From assembly GCA_040380225.1 (NCBI GenBank), contig JBEIJN010000008.1, forward strand, positions 5,183 to 69,182: DNA of 64,000 bases. Direction: 5' to 3'. Of this stretch, positions 34,779 to 47,608 are shown piece by piece (within the stretch, counting starts at the first letter, position 1; each line of letters starts with the position of its first letter). The notes below the pieces were generated by a model. It saw only the letters and a list, made by a program, of their open reading frames with translations, ran no database searches and had not been told where the DNA came from. Position numbers and translations under genes: made by a program. This stretch comes from Verrucomicrobiia bacterium (lineage in GTDB: Bacteria; Verrucomicrobiota; Verrucomicrobiia; Chthoniobacterales; UBA6821).

Positions 34779-36188
34779 TCAGTGACCTCCGCGTCCGACC
34801 GTGACCCCCTCACCGGATTCACCGCTCAGGCGAGGCCAGGCAAATCCGTAGGCCGCAATGATCAGGAAGCAGAGGAGTGGCACGGCAAAGCCGGGGGTCA
34901 TGAGTTTGTCCACCTCTCCCTGCTGATGGATGCGGCCATACCATCCACTCACCACACCATATTCGTCGCTCATCCACCCCATGACCTTAGGCACCACAGC
35001 CCCTCCCATGATCGCCATGACGATGTAGGCAGAAGCAATCTTGGCCCGCTTGCCGAGCCCCCAGATTCCCAGCGCGAAGATCGTCGGGAAGCCGACCGAG
35101 AGGAAAAAGAAACTCAGGAACAAGGCCGCAACGGAAATCCAACCGAGTTTGAGGAGAATGACTCCCATGAGGAGCGCGTTGATCACCGCATAGATTGCCA
35201 GGATCAGATGGGGACGGACGAAGGTCAGGAACCAGGAACCCGTGAAGCGCCCAGCCACGAAAAAGAGGAAGGCAACGCTCAGGAGTGTGGTCGCCCCCTT
35301 GTCGCTGAAGAATCCAAGCCCCGCAGCTTGCTCGTGGATCCCCTTGGTTCCGCCGATCAGCCATGAGCCCTTGAGGCATTCGGGAACCGGAGGTGTGTCG
35401 GAGACAATGTAGTTGATGAAAAAGCTGAAGATTCCCGCCTGGGCCGCGACATAAAAAAACTGCGCAACGACCGCCCCGGGGAAATGGAGATGTCTCCAGA
35501 TGGAACGAACCGCCCTCGGCTGCGACTCCTCCGGTTCATCCGCCTTGAAGGCATCCTCCGTGTTGAGTTCAGGCAACGGGGCCACCATGAAGAGGGCGGC
35601 GATGAGCAGGACAAAAACGGCCAGGGCAAGGTAGGGAATGTAGAGTGTTGCATTGGCCGCTTCCACGCCGCTGTCGGAGTAGAAGAACATGCCTCCGACG
35701 ATCGGCCCAAGGGGCCAACCGAGGCCATTGAACGAGGCGGCAAGATTGATACGGGCGGCGGCATAGCGCTTGTCACCCAAGACCGTGGCATAGGGATTAG
35801 CGATCGTCTCAAGGAATGTCAGCCCCATGGCGACCAGACAGACTCCGAGAAGGAATGCCCAGAACTGCTGGATATGAGTCGCGGGGATAAACCAGAAGCC
35901 TCCGATCGAGACCAGCAGAAGGCCGATGATAATGCCCCTGCGATAACCAAACTTCTGGGCCATCCACCCCGCGGGGAGCGCGATCAGAAAATATCCGAGG
36001 TAGTGGGCGAACTGAACCCAGGCTGACTGAGATCGGTTGAGATGAAGCAGATCCTGGAAGTGCTTGTCCATGGTATCGATCATGGAGTTGCAGAACGCCC
36101 AGAGGAAAAAGAGCGCCGAAATCAGGACGAACGTCAGGAGATAGCTCTTACCGTCCGAAGAACGGAACATCGCGAGAAACTTTGTCAT
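34779..36188 (-). CDS. MFS transporter, FucP/glucose-galactose (FHS) family
   Basis: FVLISALFFLWAFCNSMIDTMDKHFQ...AHYLGYFLIALPAGWMAQKFGYRRGI is the typical FHS N-terminus. Confidence 0.8.
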   Translation of the reverse strand: MTKFLAMFRSSDGKSYLLTFVLISALFFLWAFCNSMIDTMDKHFQDLLHLNRSQSAWVQFAHYLGYFLIALPAGWMAQKFGYRRGIIIGLLLVSIGGFWFIPATHIQQFWAFLLGVCLVAMGLTFLETIANPYATVLGDKRYAAARINLAASFNGLGWPLGPIVGGMFFYSDSGVEAANATLYIPYLALAVFVLLIAALFMVAPLPELNTEDAFKADEPEESQPRAVRSIWRHLHFPGAVVAQFFYVAAQAGIFSFFINYIVSDTPPVPECLKGSWLIGGTKGIHEQAAGLGFFSDKGATTLLSVAFLFFVAGRFTGSWFLTFVRPHLILAIYAVINALLMGVILLKLGWISVAALFLSFFFLSVGFPTIFALGIWGLGKRAKIASAYIVMAIMGGAVVPKVMGWMSDEYGVVSGWYGRIHQQGEVDKLMTPGFAVPLLCFLIIAAYGFAWPRLSGESGEGVTVGRGGH

Positions 36189-36315
36189 GGGGGATTGGGG
36201 GGGAGCTAGGAGCTGGAGGTTGGGGATTGGGGGGTCGCAGCTAGGAGTTGGGAGCTTGGAACTGGCTTCAGCTTTTAGGTTCCCTTCCTTCTGACTTCAA
36301 GTTTCGGATTAGACT

Positions 36316-36440
36316 GCACTTTGCTTTCGCAAAGCCGTGCCAAAATCATGGATTTGGCTGCGGCAATACTGGGTCTCCGGATAGCCTACGCAAAGTGTAG
36401 CCTGAAAGGCGCTACTCGCGGGAGCGAGAGCGGCTATTTC
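36316..36440 (+). repeat. family-2 mosaic hairpin repeat, copy 5 (partial)
   Basis: gcactttgctttcgcaaagccgtgcc followed by ggatagcctacgcaaagtgtagcctgaaaggcgctactcgcgggagcgagagcggc. The latter is almost identical to 6828..6882. Confidence 0.8.
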
Positions 36441-36452
36441 ACCGCTTCCCCC

Positions 36453-36508
36453 ACCAGCTACCAGCTACCAGCTACCAGCTACCAGCTACCAGCTACCAGC
36501 TACCAGCT
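36453..36508. repeat. tandem heptamer array (ACCAGCT)x8
   Basis: Direct reading. Abuts the stop codon of the GH108-like gene. Confidence 0.95.
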
Positions 36509-36519
36509 CCTATTCCCTA

Positions 36520-37068
36520 TCAACCCAGCATCGAGAGGCTGTCGGCGTGCTGTCGGTCCCAGCGGTTGCTTAATCCCGCCCAGAATCTTGAGGTTTCGTC
36601 TCGGGTCCTTCTTTCGTAGCGTTCGCGTGCCTCGCGGATCCGCTCCAGCAGCGCCGCAGGATCCTGCTCCGCTTCACGCAGGGCGGCCTTCGTCTTCGGT
36701 CCGGCCAGGCCATCAGCCGGCAAACCCAAGGCATCCTGCAAAATCTTCACCGCACCGGTCGGCCCGCGGTTGAAGGCGGCATCACGGAGCGCGAACTGGA
36801 TGGCGGGCACTTCCGAGAGCATCGCGACAGGATCGGTGTAACGCTCAATATGCTCGGCCGCGGCATCCTCAGCCTCACGATAATTTCCCTCTGCAAGCAG
36901 GCGCTCGATTCGCGCGAGCGTCTCGGGATGGTAGCGATCGTTGATCCCGGCCACTTCCTTGGTCCCTCCGCCATCTCCCGATGGAAGCTGATAAACTTTC
37001 AGATGGCCTGCGGCATCACGGCGAGCCTCATAGTCGACGATCCTGCGGGCCTGTTCGCGTGGAGTCAT
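36520..37068 (-). CDS. GH108-like / peptidoglycan-binding-domain protein (putative muramidase or secretion-activator-like)
   Basis: N-terminal YEARRDAAGHLKVYQLPSGDGGGTKEVAGIN resembles the GH108 EGG...DxGGxTxxGI region. C-terminal LQDALGLPADGLAGPKTKAAL is a PG-binding-type motif. Assignment is from memory of the family patterns only. Confidence 0.4.
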   Translation of the reverse strand: MTPREQARRIVDYEARRDAAGHLKVYQLPSGDGGGTKEVAGINDRYHPETLARIERLLAEGNYREAEDAAAEHIERYTDPVAMLSEVPAIQFALRDAAFNRGPTGAVKILQDALGLPADGLAGPKTKAALREAEQDPAALLERIREARERYERRTRDETSRFWAGLSNRWDRQHADSLSMLG

Positions 37069-37244
37069 GAAAATAGGGGCTGGGTGATTGGCTATCGGGA
37101 ATGCTGGAAATGGAAGAAACGACGTGGATCGGGTCTCGAATGTCCCTCACAATGCCAGACAGCCCCCTTCGTGTCACCACCGCGTCGATCAACGATTGAT
37201 GATTTTCGTTCTTCATTTTTCTATTTCTGATTAGGTTGTCACCC

Positions 37245-38660
37245 ATGACAAGCCCCTCCCCCACCCCAGTCAAACTCAGCCCGATCGTCTACTTCATCGG
37301 GATCACCGCCGCCCTTGCCGGATTGCTCTTCGGCCTCGATATCGGGGTCATCTCGGGAGCTCTTGTATTTATTGAAAAGGATTTCTCGATCTCAAAAAGA
37401 ATTCTCGAGTTCGTAGTCAGCTCCCTCCTCTGGGGAGCTGTCTTCGGAACCCTGATAAGCGGAGTTCTTTCAAATAAATACGGGAGGAGAGGAGCGATTC
37501 TTATAAGCGCTGTAATTTTTGTAATCGGGGCATTGTTGTGTTCACTTTCTCCAAATGAATATTTTCTCATTGGGTCGCGTATTATTCTAGGCTTGGGGGT
37601 TGGCTTAGCTTCCTTCACTGCCCCTCTCTATCTATCTGAAATCTCGCCTCAACGGGTTCGCGGCTCGATGGTCTCAATGTACCAACTGATGATCACCATT
37701 GGTATCGTATTGGCCTTCCTGAGCGATACTTGGCTAGCTAGTTATGCCACAATCGGAGGAGTAACTGGAGGCCATTGGCGCTTGATGCTGGGTATCATCG
37801 CGGTTCCTGCGGCGATCATGTTCCTTGGTGTGCTCTTACTTCCGGAGAGCCCGCGCTGGCTTTTCCTCAAAGGAAAGAAAGACATGGCCGTCACCGTCTT
37901 CCAGCGGATGCGTCTTCCCGACACCGATATCACACGCGAGGTGAACGAGATCGAGGAGAGCCTACGCGTGAAGCAGGGCGGCTTCCGGATGCTGTTCGAG
38001 AACTCCAACTTCCGCCGTGCCATCGGCCTAGGCATCGGCCTCCAGATCATCCAGCAACTCACCGGCATCAACGTAATTATGTATTACTCTCAAACGATTT
38101 TTAAAATTGCCGGCTTCGCAAGCATTGAACAACAGAATTGGGGAACCGTCATCGTCGGCGTCACCAACGTCCTCGCCACCTTCATCGCGATCGCTTTCGT
38201 CGACCGGCTCGGGCGCAAGCCGATCATGTACGCCGGCTTTGCGGTCATGGGAGCCGCGATGGTGGCCGTCGGGATACTCTTCAACATGGATCTTGAGAAG
38301 ACACCCGCCCTCGGAACCTGGGCCATCGGATCCCTGCTCCTCTTCATCGTCGGCTTCGCGATGAGCGCGGGCCCGATCATCTGGGTCCTTTGCGCCGAGA
38401 TCTTCCCCCTCTCGGGACGTGATCTGGGCGTAACCTTCAGCACGGCCACCAACTGGATCGTCAACGCCATCGTTGGCGGAACCTTCCTGACCATGCTCAA
38501 CACACTCGGAAACGGGAACACCTTCCTTCTCTTTGGTGGTTTGAACGCCCTCTTTGTGCTTTTCTTCCTGCTCTTTGTCCCCGAGACCAAGGGCGTCTCC
38601 CTCGAGAAGATCGAATCCAACCTCCTTGCAGGGAAGCCGCTGCGGCGCATCGGGCGCTAA
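37245..38660 (+). CDS. MFS sugar porter (sugar:H+ symporter, GalP/XylE/AraE-like)
   Basis: GRRGAILISAV, PESPRWL and PETKGVSLEKIE sugar-porter signatures. ATG at 37245 preferred over the TTG at 37236. Confidence 0.88.
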   Translation: MTSPSPTPVKLSPIVYFIGITAALAGLLFGLDIGVISGALVFIEKDFSISKRILEFVVSSLLWGAVFGTLISGVLSNKYGRRGAILISAVIFVIGALLCSLSPNEYFLIGSRIILGLGVGLASFTAPLYLSEISPQRVRGSMVSMYQLMITIGIVLAFLSDTWLASYATIGGVTGGHWRLMLGIIAVPAAIMFLGVLLLPESPRWLFLKGKKDMAVTVFQRMRLPDTDITREVNEIEESLRVKQGGFRMLFENSNFRRAIGLGIGLQIIQQLTGINVIMYYSQTIFKIAGFASIEQQNWGTVIVGVTNVLATFIAIAFVDRLGRKPIMYAGFAVMGAAMVAVGILFNMDLEKTPALGTWAIGSLLLFIVGFAMSAGPIIWVLCAEIFPLSGRDLGVTFSTATNWIVNAIVGGTFLTMLNTLGNGNTFLLFGGLNALFVLFFLLFVPETKGVSLEKIESNLLAGKPLRRIGR

Positions 38661-38722
38661 GGAAGCGCTGAACACCGATAATCCTTGAGCACAGGGCTCA
38701 AATCGGGAATGAATGATCTACT

Positions 38723-38804
38723 GCTCGGATGGCGGAATTGGCAGACGCGCCAGACTTAGGATCTGGTACCGAAAGGTGTGTGGGTTCGACCCCCTCTCCG
38801 AGCA
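38723..38804 (+). tRNA. tRNA-Leu (anticodon UAG), long variable arm, no encoded CCA
   Basis: Acceptor GCTCGGA/TCCGAGC (7 bp perfect) and D-arm GCG-gaattggcaga-CGC. Anticodon stem CCAGA/TCTGG with loop CTTAGGA. Variable arm ACC-gaaa-GGT. T-loop TTCGACC, with one U-U mismatch in the T stem. Confidence 0.8.
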
Positions 38805-38899
38805 CTTTCCACCCCAGCGCGCAACGCGGTGAAAATCCAATGGACGCAACCGCGACCGTTGAGGTAGTTGTTTTCCACTCTCACCAATAAAACAAAATC

Positions 38900-39865
<966 letters not shown>

Positions 39866-40010
39866 GGTTGGCCCAAGGCCAACCGAGGCTGTTAGGCTGA
39901 AGACTGTTAGGTTAAGACCAAACCCAGCCTTTTGCGCCCTTGCGGATGATTTGAGGTTTTCATTTCCCCACTTTCATCATTCATAATTCATCATTCATCC
40001 TTTCTTCCAC

Positions 40011-40646
40011 ATGTCCTCCCCTTTCACCCCGCCCGAAGCCGATCAGGAGATCGCCCCGCCCTCCACGCTCGAGCTTCTTTGGATCAACCATCGCGGAGCG
40101 CTTCTGGGCGGAATCGTCGGCCTGACCATCCTGACCATCATCGGGCTCGGAGTCTTGGCCGTGAGCCGCTCCGCACGCATCGCCTCCGAAACCCTTCTCT
40201 CGGGAGCTAACAACGAGGCGGCATGGAACGAGGTTATTTCCAAATACCCCCGGACCCCCGCCGCGGCCGACGCCATGCTCCTGCTCGCCGCATCCCTGCG
40301 CGATGCCGGCAAGATCGAGGAATCCGACTCCCTCTACTCGCGATTTACCGAGACATACCCTGCGAGCCCCCTTGCCGTCTCCGGCCTGATCGGCCGCGCC
40401 TCCAATGCCCGCGTGGCAGGAAAACCGGCCGATGCCCTCAACTCCTACCAGCAGGCCGCCGCGGCTTATCCGCAGAGCTACGGGGCGCCCTTCTCCATCT
40501 TCTCCCAAGCCCGTCTTCTGGCCCAGCAGGGTAGGATGGAGGATGCCAGACGCGTCATCCAGTCGCTCGGTACCCAGTATCCCAATTCCGTTTCCGCACA
40601 GGCTGCGGGCGTCGCCCAGCAACTTCCCCGCCAGCCTCAGAACTGA
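40011..40646 (+). CDS. membrane-anchored TPR-like protein (YfgM-like architecture)
   Basis: One TM (LLGGIVGLTILTIIGLGVLAV) followed by Ala/Leu-rich helical repeats. No catalytic motif. Confidence 0.45.
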   Translation: MSSPFTPPEADQEIAPPSTLELLWINHRGALLGGIVGLTILTIIGLGVLAVSRSARIASETLLSGANNEAAWNEVISKYPRTPAAADAMLLLAASLRDAGKIEESDSLYSRFTETYPASPLAVSGLIGRASNARVAGKPADALNSYQQAAAAYPQSYGAPFSIFSQARLLAQQGRMEDARRVIQSLGTQYPNSVSAQAAGVAQQLPRQPQN

Positions 40647-40745
40647 GGATTAGACACAGAACGATAAGTAGGGCTTATCGTTTCACTTTTTGTGCGTTTT
40701 GTTACTTGACTGGATGCATTGTCCTGCATCAGAAATTGTGGCGCC

Positions 40746-41873
40746 ATGAAAACACTACCCCTCATCACAGCACTCATCCTCACCATGGTTGCAAGCGCCC
40801 TCCATGCGCAGACCTCATCGATCCTCATCAAGCCGGGCGATCAGGTCAAAGGCATCTCCACCAACCCGGCCACGATTGGCTCCATGAACTGGGTCACCAT
40901 GAACGACATTGGGGGCATCTCCTTCCAAGCCTGGGCTACTGAAGGGGGTAACAGAACCAATGTCGTCACCAACCCTGTGACCCGAACAAACTTCAGCGTC
41001 AGTATTCAATACACCAACGTGTTAACTTCTAACCCCATCATCCGTTTCCTCGGAACCGTGACCAACGTGGTCTATACTACAAACAACTGGAATGTGAACG
41101 GCACCACGAACGCCTACGTCAATAAGTTTGCTCAGATCAGATACGCGACTAATCAGTTCGGCACCACCAACTCGAATAACCTCAGTTCGTTCACGAACGC
41201 ATTTCACACGCCCCAGGGAGGGCGCAATGTTACAAATAGAACGATCGTAACCACCAACATCATCTCTACCAATATAGCCCCGGCGCTTGCCTATTCGGGG
41301 ATCTGGGCTTCTGACACCAATGGTCAGATCAATCTCCTGATCCGCGCTGGACAACCTTCCGGCATCTCCAACTCGGTGATTAATTCCTTCTACAATCCCA
41401 TAGTCAATAACAACGGGGCGGTCGCGGTGGTCGGATATTCCAGGGTCACCAATTCCGTGTCGACCAACGGAATCGTCACCAATGCCACCTCCAACATCAC
41501 CTCTATTTATCTTGCTCAACAGGGCTCTACGAACCCGATCAGGGTGGCTTCTGTTGGGTATCCTGCCCCGGGAACCTCGGAAAACTTTACCTCGCTTGGC
41601 ATCTATGCTGGATTCGGACTCCCTGACGTCGGCGGAGTCGTCTTCTATGGATCTGCTGGCACAAACCAAGGAATTTGGGTTCAGAACCCCGACACATCCG
41701 TGAGACTTGTGGCATTAACGGGCCGAGCCATAACCGTTGGCTCAACCAATAAGGTCATTAGGAATTTCAACTTTAGTACATTCAACGGAAACTTCAGTCA
41801 GGACACCGGAGTCATAACGTGCCAAGTCTTTTTCACCGACGGCACGTCGGCAGTGATTCGAGTAAACCGGTAA
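40746..41873 (+). CDS. secreted Asn/Thr-rich repeat protein with NxxGxxAF-like repeats
   Basis: Signal peptide MKTLPLITALILTMVASALHA. Recurring MNDIGGISFQAW, VNNNGAVAVVGY and LPDVGGVVFYGS. G+C is lower than in the neighbours. Confidence 0.5.
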   Translation: MKTLPLITALILTMVASALHAQTSSILIKPGDQVKGISTNPATIGSMNWVTMNDIGGISFQAWATEGGNRTNVVTNPVTRTNFSVSIQYTNVLTSNPIIRFLGTVTNVVYTTNNWNVNGTTNAYVNKFAQIRYATNQFGTTNSNNLSSFTNAFHTPQGGRNVTNRTIVTTNIISTNIAPALAYSGIWASDTNGQINLLIRAGQPSGISNSVINSFYNPIVNNNGAVAVVGYSRVTNSVSTNGIVTNATSNITSIYLAQQGSTNPIRVASVGYPAPGTSENFTSLGIYAGFGLPDVGGVVFYGSAGTNQGIWVQNPDTSVRLVALTGRAITVGSTNKVIRNFNFSTFNGNFSQDTGVITCQVFFTDGTSAVIRVNR

Positions 41874-41897
41874 ATCACTTTTCAAAGCGTCACACGG

Positions 41898-41936
41898 AAG
41901 GCCGCTTCTCCTATGGGGAAGCGGCCTTTTCTTTTG
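41898..41936 (+). terminator. rho-independent terminator
   Basis: Perfect 11-bp stem AAGGCCGCTTC / GAAGCGGCCTT with a 9-nt loop, followed by TTCTTTTG. Lies 25 nt after the stop at 41873. Confidence 0.7.
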
Positions 41937-41969
41937 TCCCCCCTAATTGGACTTGAAAGCCCTCTCCAA

Positions 41970-42059
41970 TTTGACGGCACCCGCCTCCCAGCGGGCAGCA
42001 CCGCCCTTCCGGGTCCCGCTTCGCGGGCTCTACCGCGCAGCTTCCCAGCCGCTTGGTTC
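41970..42059 (+). repeat. family-2 mosaic hairpin repeat, copy 3
   Basis: TTTGACGGCACccgcctcccagcgggcagcaCCGCC...gtcccgc-ttcg-gcgggc...ctaccgcgc...GCTTGGTTC. Confidence 0.8.
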
Positions 42060-42071
42060 CACGAGATTGCC

Positions 42072-43469
42072 TCAGGCCTGTAACCTATCGGCAATCTCTT
42101 CTGCGGGATAGGTCCAGATCTCGCTGAGCGTCGGGTGGTAATGAGGGATGACAGCCAACTGAGCCGCCGTGGCGTGGAAGGCCATCGCCACGACGATCTC
42201 ATGGATGAGTTCGGAGGCCTCGGGCCCGACGACTGCACCCCCGAGAAGGGATCCGTTCCTCGCATCGGCGATCAGCTTCACAAAGCCATCCGTCTCCCCC
42301 TTCACAAGGGACTTCCCATGATCGGCAAAGGGATAGGAAGCCGTGATGATCTGCAGACCATTCTCCCGGGCCTCCTGCTCGGTCATACCGCATGAGGCCA
42401 TCTGCGGCTCGGCAAAGCAGGCGAAGAGCTTAAGACGGTAATCCAGGGTTACCGGAGCACCTCCCTTGATCAAGGCGGCGGCATTCCTTGCAGCGGTCTC
42501 TCCCTGGGTGATGGCGATGTGGACGACCTCATAAGGGCCGCAGCAGTCACCCGCGGCGAAGAGATGCCGCGCCGTCGTGCGTTGCTCCAGGTCGGTGCAG
42601 ATGGCGGGTCCCTCGAGAGCCACGCCCGCCTTCTCAAGACCGAGACCCGCGATGGCTGGGCGGCGACCGAGTGCATTCACGACGAGATCGGCCTTGATGA
42701 CTTCACCGCCGTTGCCATGACTGAAATGCACGGCCGTTTGATCCCCTGATTTCTCGATTTTTTCCAGCCGTGTGCCGCAGAGAACCTTCATGCCCCTTCT
42801 GCGGAATGCCTCCGCGACAGCCTCGGCGACATCGTGGTCATTGCCCGTCAGGAGTTGGGTGTTGCGCTGGAGGATCGTGACCCTTGAACCAAGAGACTCA
42901 AGATAATGGGCCATTTCCAACGCCACGGGCCCACCACCGAGAACGACCGCCGAGGCAGGGATCTCCGTCAGTTCCAGCAGATCATCGCTTGAGAGGCAGA
43001 GTTCGATTCCCTGAATCGAAGGGCGGTTCAGAACAGATCCGGTCGCGATGCATCCGCTCTTGAGAGCCAGGATCCTTTCACCCCCCTCCCGCAGCGAGAC
43101 CCTCAGGCAATGCGGATCGAGGAACTCTGCGCGGCCCCTGATGAAATCAAAGGAACCCCCCGCAAGTTGCTGGGCCCGGTAGTCGGCGAATTCCCCGATC
43201 AGCCGCCGCTTGCGCTCCACGATCTTCGCGGCGTCAAATCCGATCTTTTCCGCATGGAGGCCGAACTCCTCCGCATGACGGAGCGTCCGGTAGCGGTTAC
43301 CGGATTCGATGAGGGTCTTGCTCGGCATGCAGCCTCTCAGGATGCAGAGACCTCCCACCTGCTCACCCCCCTCGATCACGGCCGTCGAGAGACCCAGAGA
43401 GGCGGCCGTCCGTGCGGCGGCGTAGCCGCCGCTCCCCCCGCCGACCACCACAAAGTCATATTCCTTCAT
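42072..43469 (-). CDS. FAD-dependent pyridine nucleotide-disulfide oxidoreductase (Lpd/MerA/GR class I)
   Basis: GGGSGGYAAA FAD motif, redox-active GGLCILRGCMPSK, and a C-terminal dimerisation region with HPTLSE. Confidence 0.8.
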   Translation of the reverse strand: MKEYDFVVVGGGSGGYAAARTAASLGLSTAVIEGGEQVGGLCILRGCMPSKTLIESGNRYRTLRHAEEFGLHAEKIGFDAAKIVERKRRLIGEFADYRAQQLAGGSFDFIRGRAEFLDPHCLRVSLREGGERILALKSGCIATGSVLNRPSIQGIELCLSSDDLLELTEIPASAVVLGGGPVALEMAHYLESLGSRVTILQRNTQLLTGNDHDVAEAVAEAFRRRGMKVLCGTRLEKIEKSGDQTAVHFSHGNGGEVIKADLVVNALGRRPAIAGLGLEKAGVALEGPAICTDLEQRTTARHLFAAGDCCGPYEVVHIAITQGETAARNAAALIKGGAPVTLDYRLKLFACFAEPQMASCGMTEQEARENGLQIITASYPFADHGKSLVKGETDGFVKLIADARNGSLLGGAVVGPEASELIHEIVVAMAFHATAAQLAVIPHYHPTLSEIWTYPAEEIADRLQA

Positions 43470-43495
43470 GCCCTTAATCTGATCCCAAAAGTCTC

Positions 43496-43523
43496 AATAT
43501 GGAACTCAGGAACTCAGGAAAAA
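43496..43523 (-). promoter_or_regulatory. 28-mer TTTTTCCTGAGTTCCTGAGTTCCATATT (minus strand), 26 nt upstream of the oxidoreductase ATG
   Basis: Identical to 21682..21709. Confidence 0.5.
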
Positions 43524-43748
43524 CATGGAGGTGGATCAACTGGGAATATTTTACCCCGAATCTATGTGACTGGCTGCTTTCCTGTTTTGGCTGGCCCGGC
43601 CGTTGCTTCGAATCCGTTACGACTGAATTCCGTATTCTCTTCTGTATTCTAGATATAGTGGCCACACCCATCATCTGACCCCCATATCCTGCGTTTTTGG
43701 CCCGAAAATGCCCAAAAAAGCGTTGCCCACCCCCTTTTGGTTCCCTAA

Positions 43749-46376
<2,628 letters not shown>

Positions 46377-46428
46377 GGATTAGGCAATAGCCGAATCCGA
46401 CGGCTGCCGGTCAGAACAAGAGCCAGCG

Positions 46429-47478
46429 CTATCTACTTGTCGCAGAGAGCGCCATACACCTACCCGGCGATAAGCCCGTCACGGTGGAGTTTGTACCGCT
46501 TTCGGTCAAATGATCACTGCCCCTTGGAGAGGCATTTCCGGAAATGCGCGATGTGACGAGGTTCACGATCTCGGCCGTCTTTGTGAGATGATAGTCAGCC
46601 GTTCCCATCTCGGTTCCCCAATCCTTTCTTGCCCTGATGGGATTGGCACTGACGCAGATACTCATCGTGCTCGCCCCCATTTGGGTCAGTTGGTCATCAA
46701 GGCTCACCCCGAGGGTTCCGTGACCGGTATGGGCATTGCCGACAAGCAGGAGGACGGTTTTTCCACCTGAAAATCGCGTCAGTTTTCTGGCCATCGCCCG
46801 GTTCCTGAGGACAATCTTTGGATCTCCGTTTCTCACCTCTGCCATCGGCGTGTCCACGAGCAGAACTTTGGCACCATGCCGCTTGGCCACCCACGCCACG
46901 TCAATGAGGGAGCGAATCCCCTCGGTGGCCATGATCTTCCGGGCGCACTCGAGCTTTTCAGAGCGTGATAGTTTCGATGACTGAGGATAGCGGGAGAGCA
47001 TTCCCATGGTGAGTATCAGCATGTCCCGCGGTCCCTGCCGGGTTGCAAAGTAATTATCGAACTCATCCTGCATGTCGCCGGGAAACTCGAAGGCGATGTT
47101 CTTGATCTGTGTGTTTTTCAGGAGGGCTTCCAATGCCATCATCGTGTTCTCCCTTCCCTCCCGGCGGTCGTGATCGAAACTCAGGATCACTATGTTTTTG
47201 GGTAGCGGTGTGGCGGCTTGTTGAGCGTGGTTGCGGGCTCCAGCCGACGGGGGCTCGATGGTGGTGGGATAGAGCGGTCTGCCGTGAGCCTCCAGGGCCC
47301 TCTCAGGATGATCATTCAAACCAGAGGCGTATTCGATCTCAGTCAGGGAGGGGACATATTCCTCTCCAACTTCCGTACTCCCCGAATCCTCCAGGCAAGC
47401 GGCCAGACCCGATATGCAAATCCCCATCAACGTGATGACATTCACCAGCGCATGACACTGCTGCAGACATATTTTCAT
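46429..47478 (-). CDS. hypothetical lipoprotein (possible ChaN/Tiki-like fold)
   Basis: Lipobox ISGLAAC after MKICLQQCHALVNVITLMG. LLLVGNAHTGH resembles the GNxH motif of ChaN-type proteins, but this is a weak memory-based hint. G+C is lower than in the neighbours. Confidence 0.35.
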   Translation of the reverse strand: MKICLQQCHALVNVITLMGICISGLAACLEDSGSTEVGEEYVPSLTEIEYASGLNDHPERALEAHGRPLYPTTIEPPSAGARNHAQQAATPLPKNIVILSFDHDRREGRENTMMALEALLKNTQIKNIAFEFPGDMQDEFDNYFATRQGPRDMLILTMGMLSRYPQSSKLSRSEKLECARKIMATEGIRSLIDVAWVAKRHGAKVLLVDTPMAEVRNGDPKIVLRNRAMARKLTRFSGGKTVLLLVGNAHTGHGTLGVSLDDQLTQMGASTMSICVSANPIRARKDWGTEMGTADYHLTKTAEIVNLVTSRISGNASPRGSDHLTESGTNSTVTGLSPGRCMALSATSR

Positions 47479-47608
47479 GGAGGGAACCACCTTTCTTTGA
47501 GCTTTGACAGGCCCCTGAACACGGGCGTTCAAAAAAACAAAGAAGCCTCCGTGCACTTTCCGCATCAATGACACGGCACGCATGGAGTTGTTGAATCGGA
47601 AAATCCGT

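Noticed and set aside
36520-37068. GH108-like ORF as evidence of a prophage remnant
   Set aside because: No other phage-like genes lie within 10 kb on either side. The flanks are transporter genes and host-type repeats.
39866-39884. Perfect 8-bp hairpin GGTTGGCC-caa-GGCCAACC right after cysK as an intrinsic terminator
   Set aside because: No U-tract follows. It may still be a stabilising 3' hairpin, but it cannot be called a terminator from the sequence.
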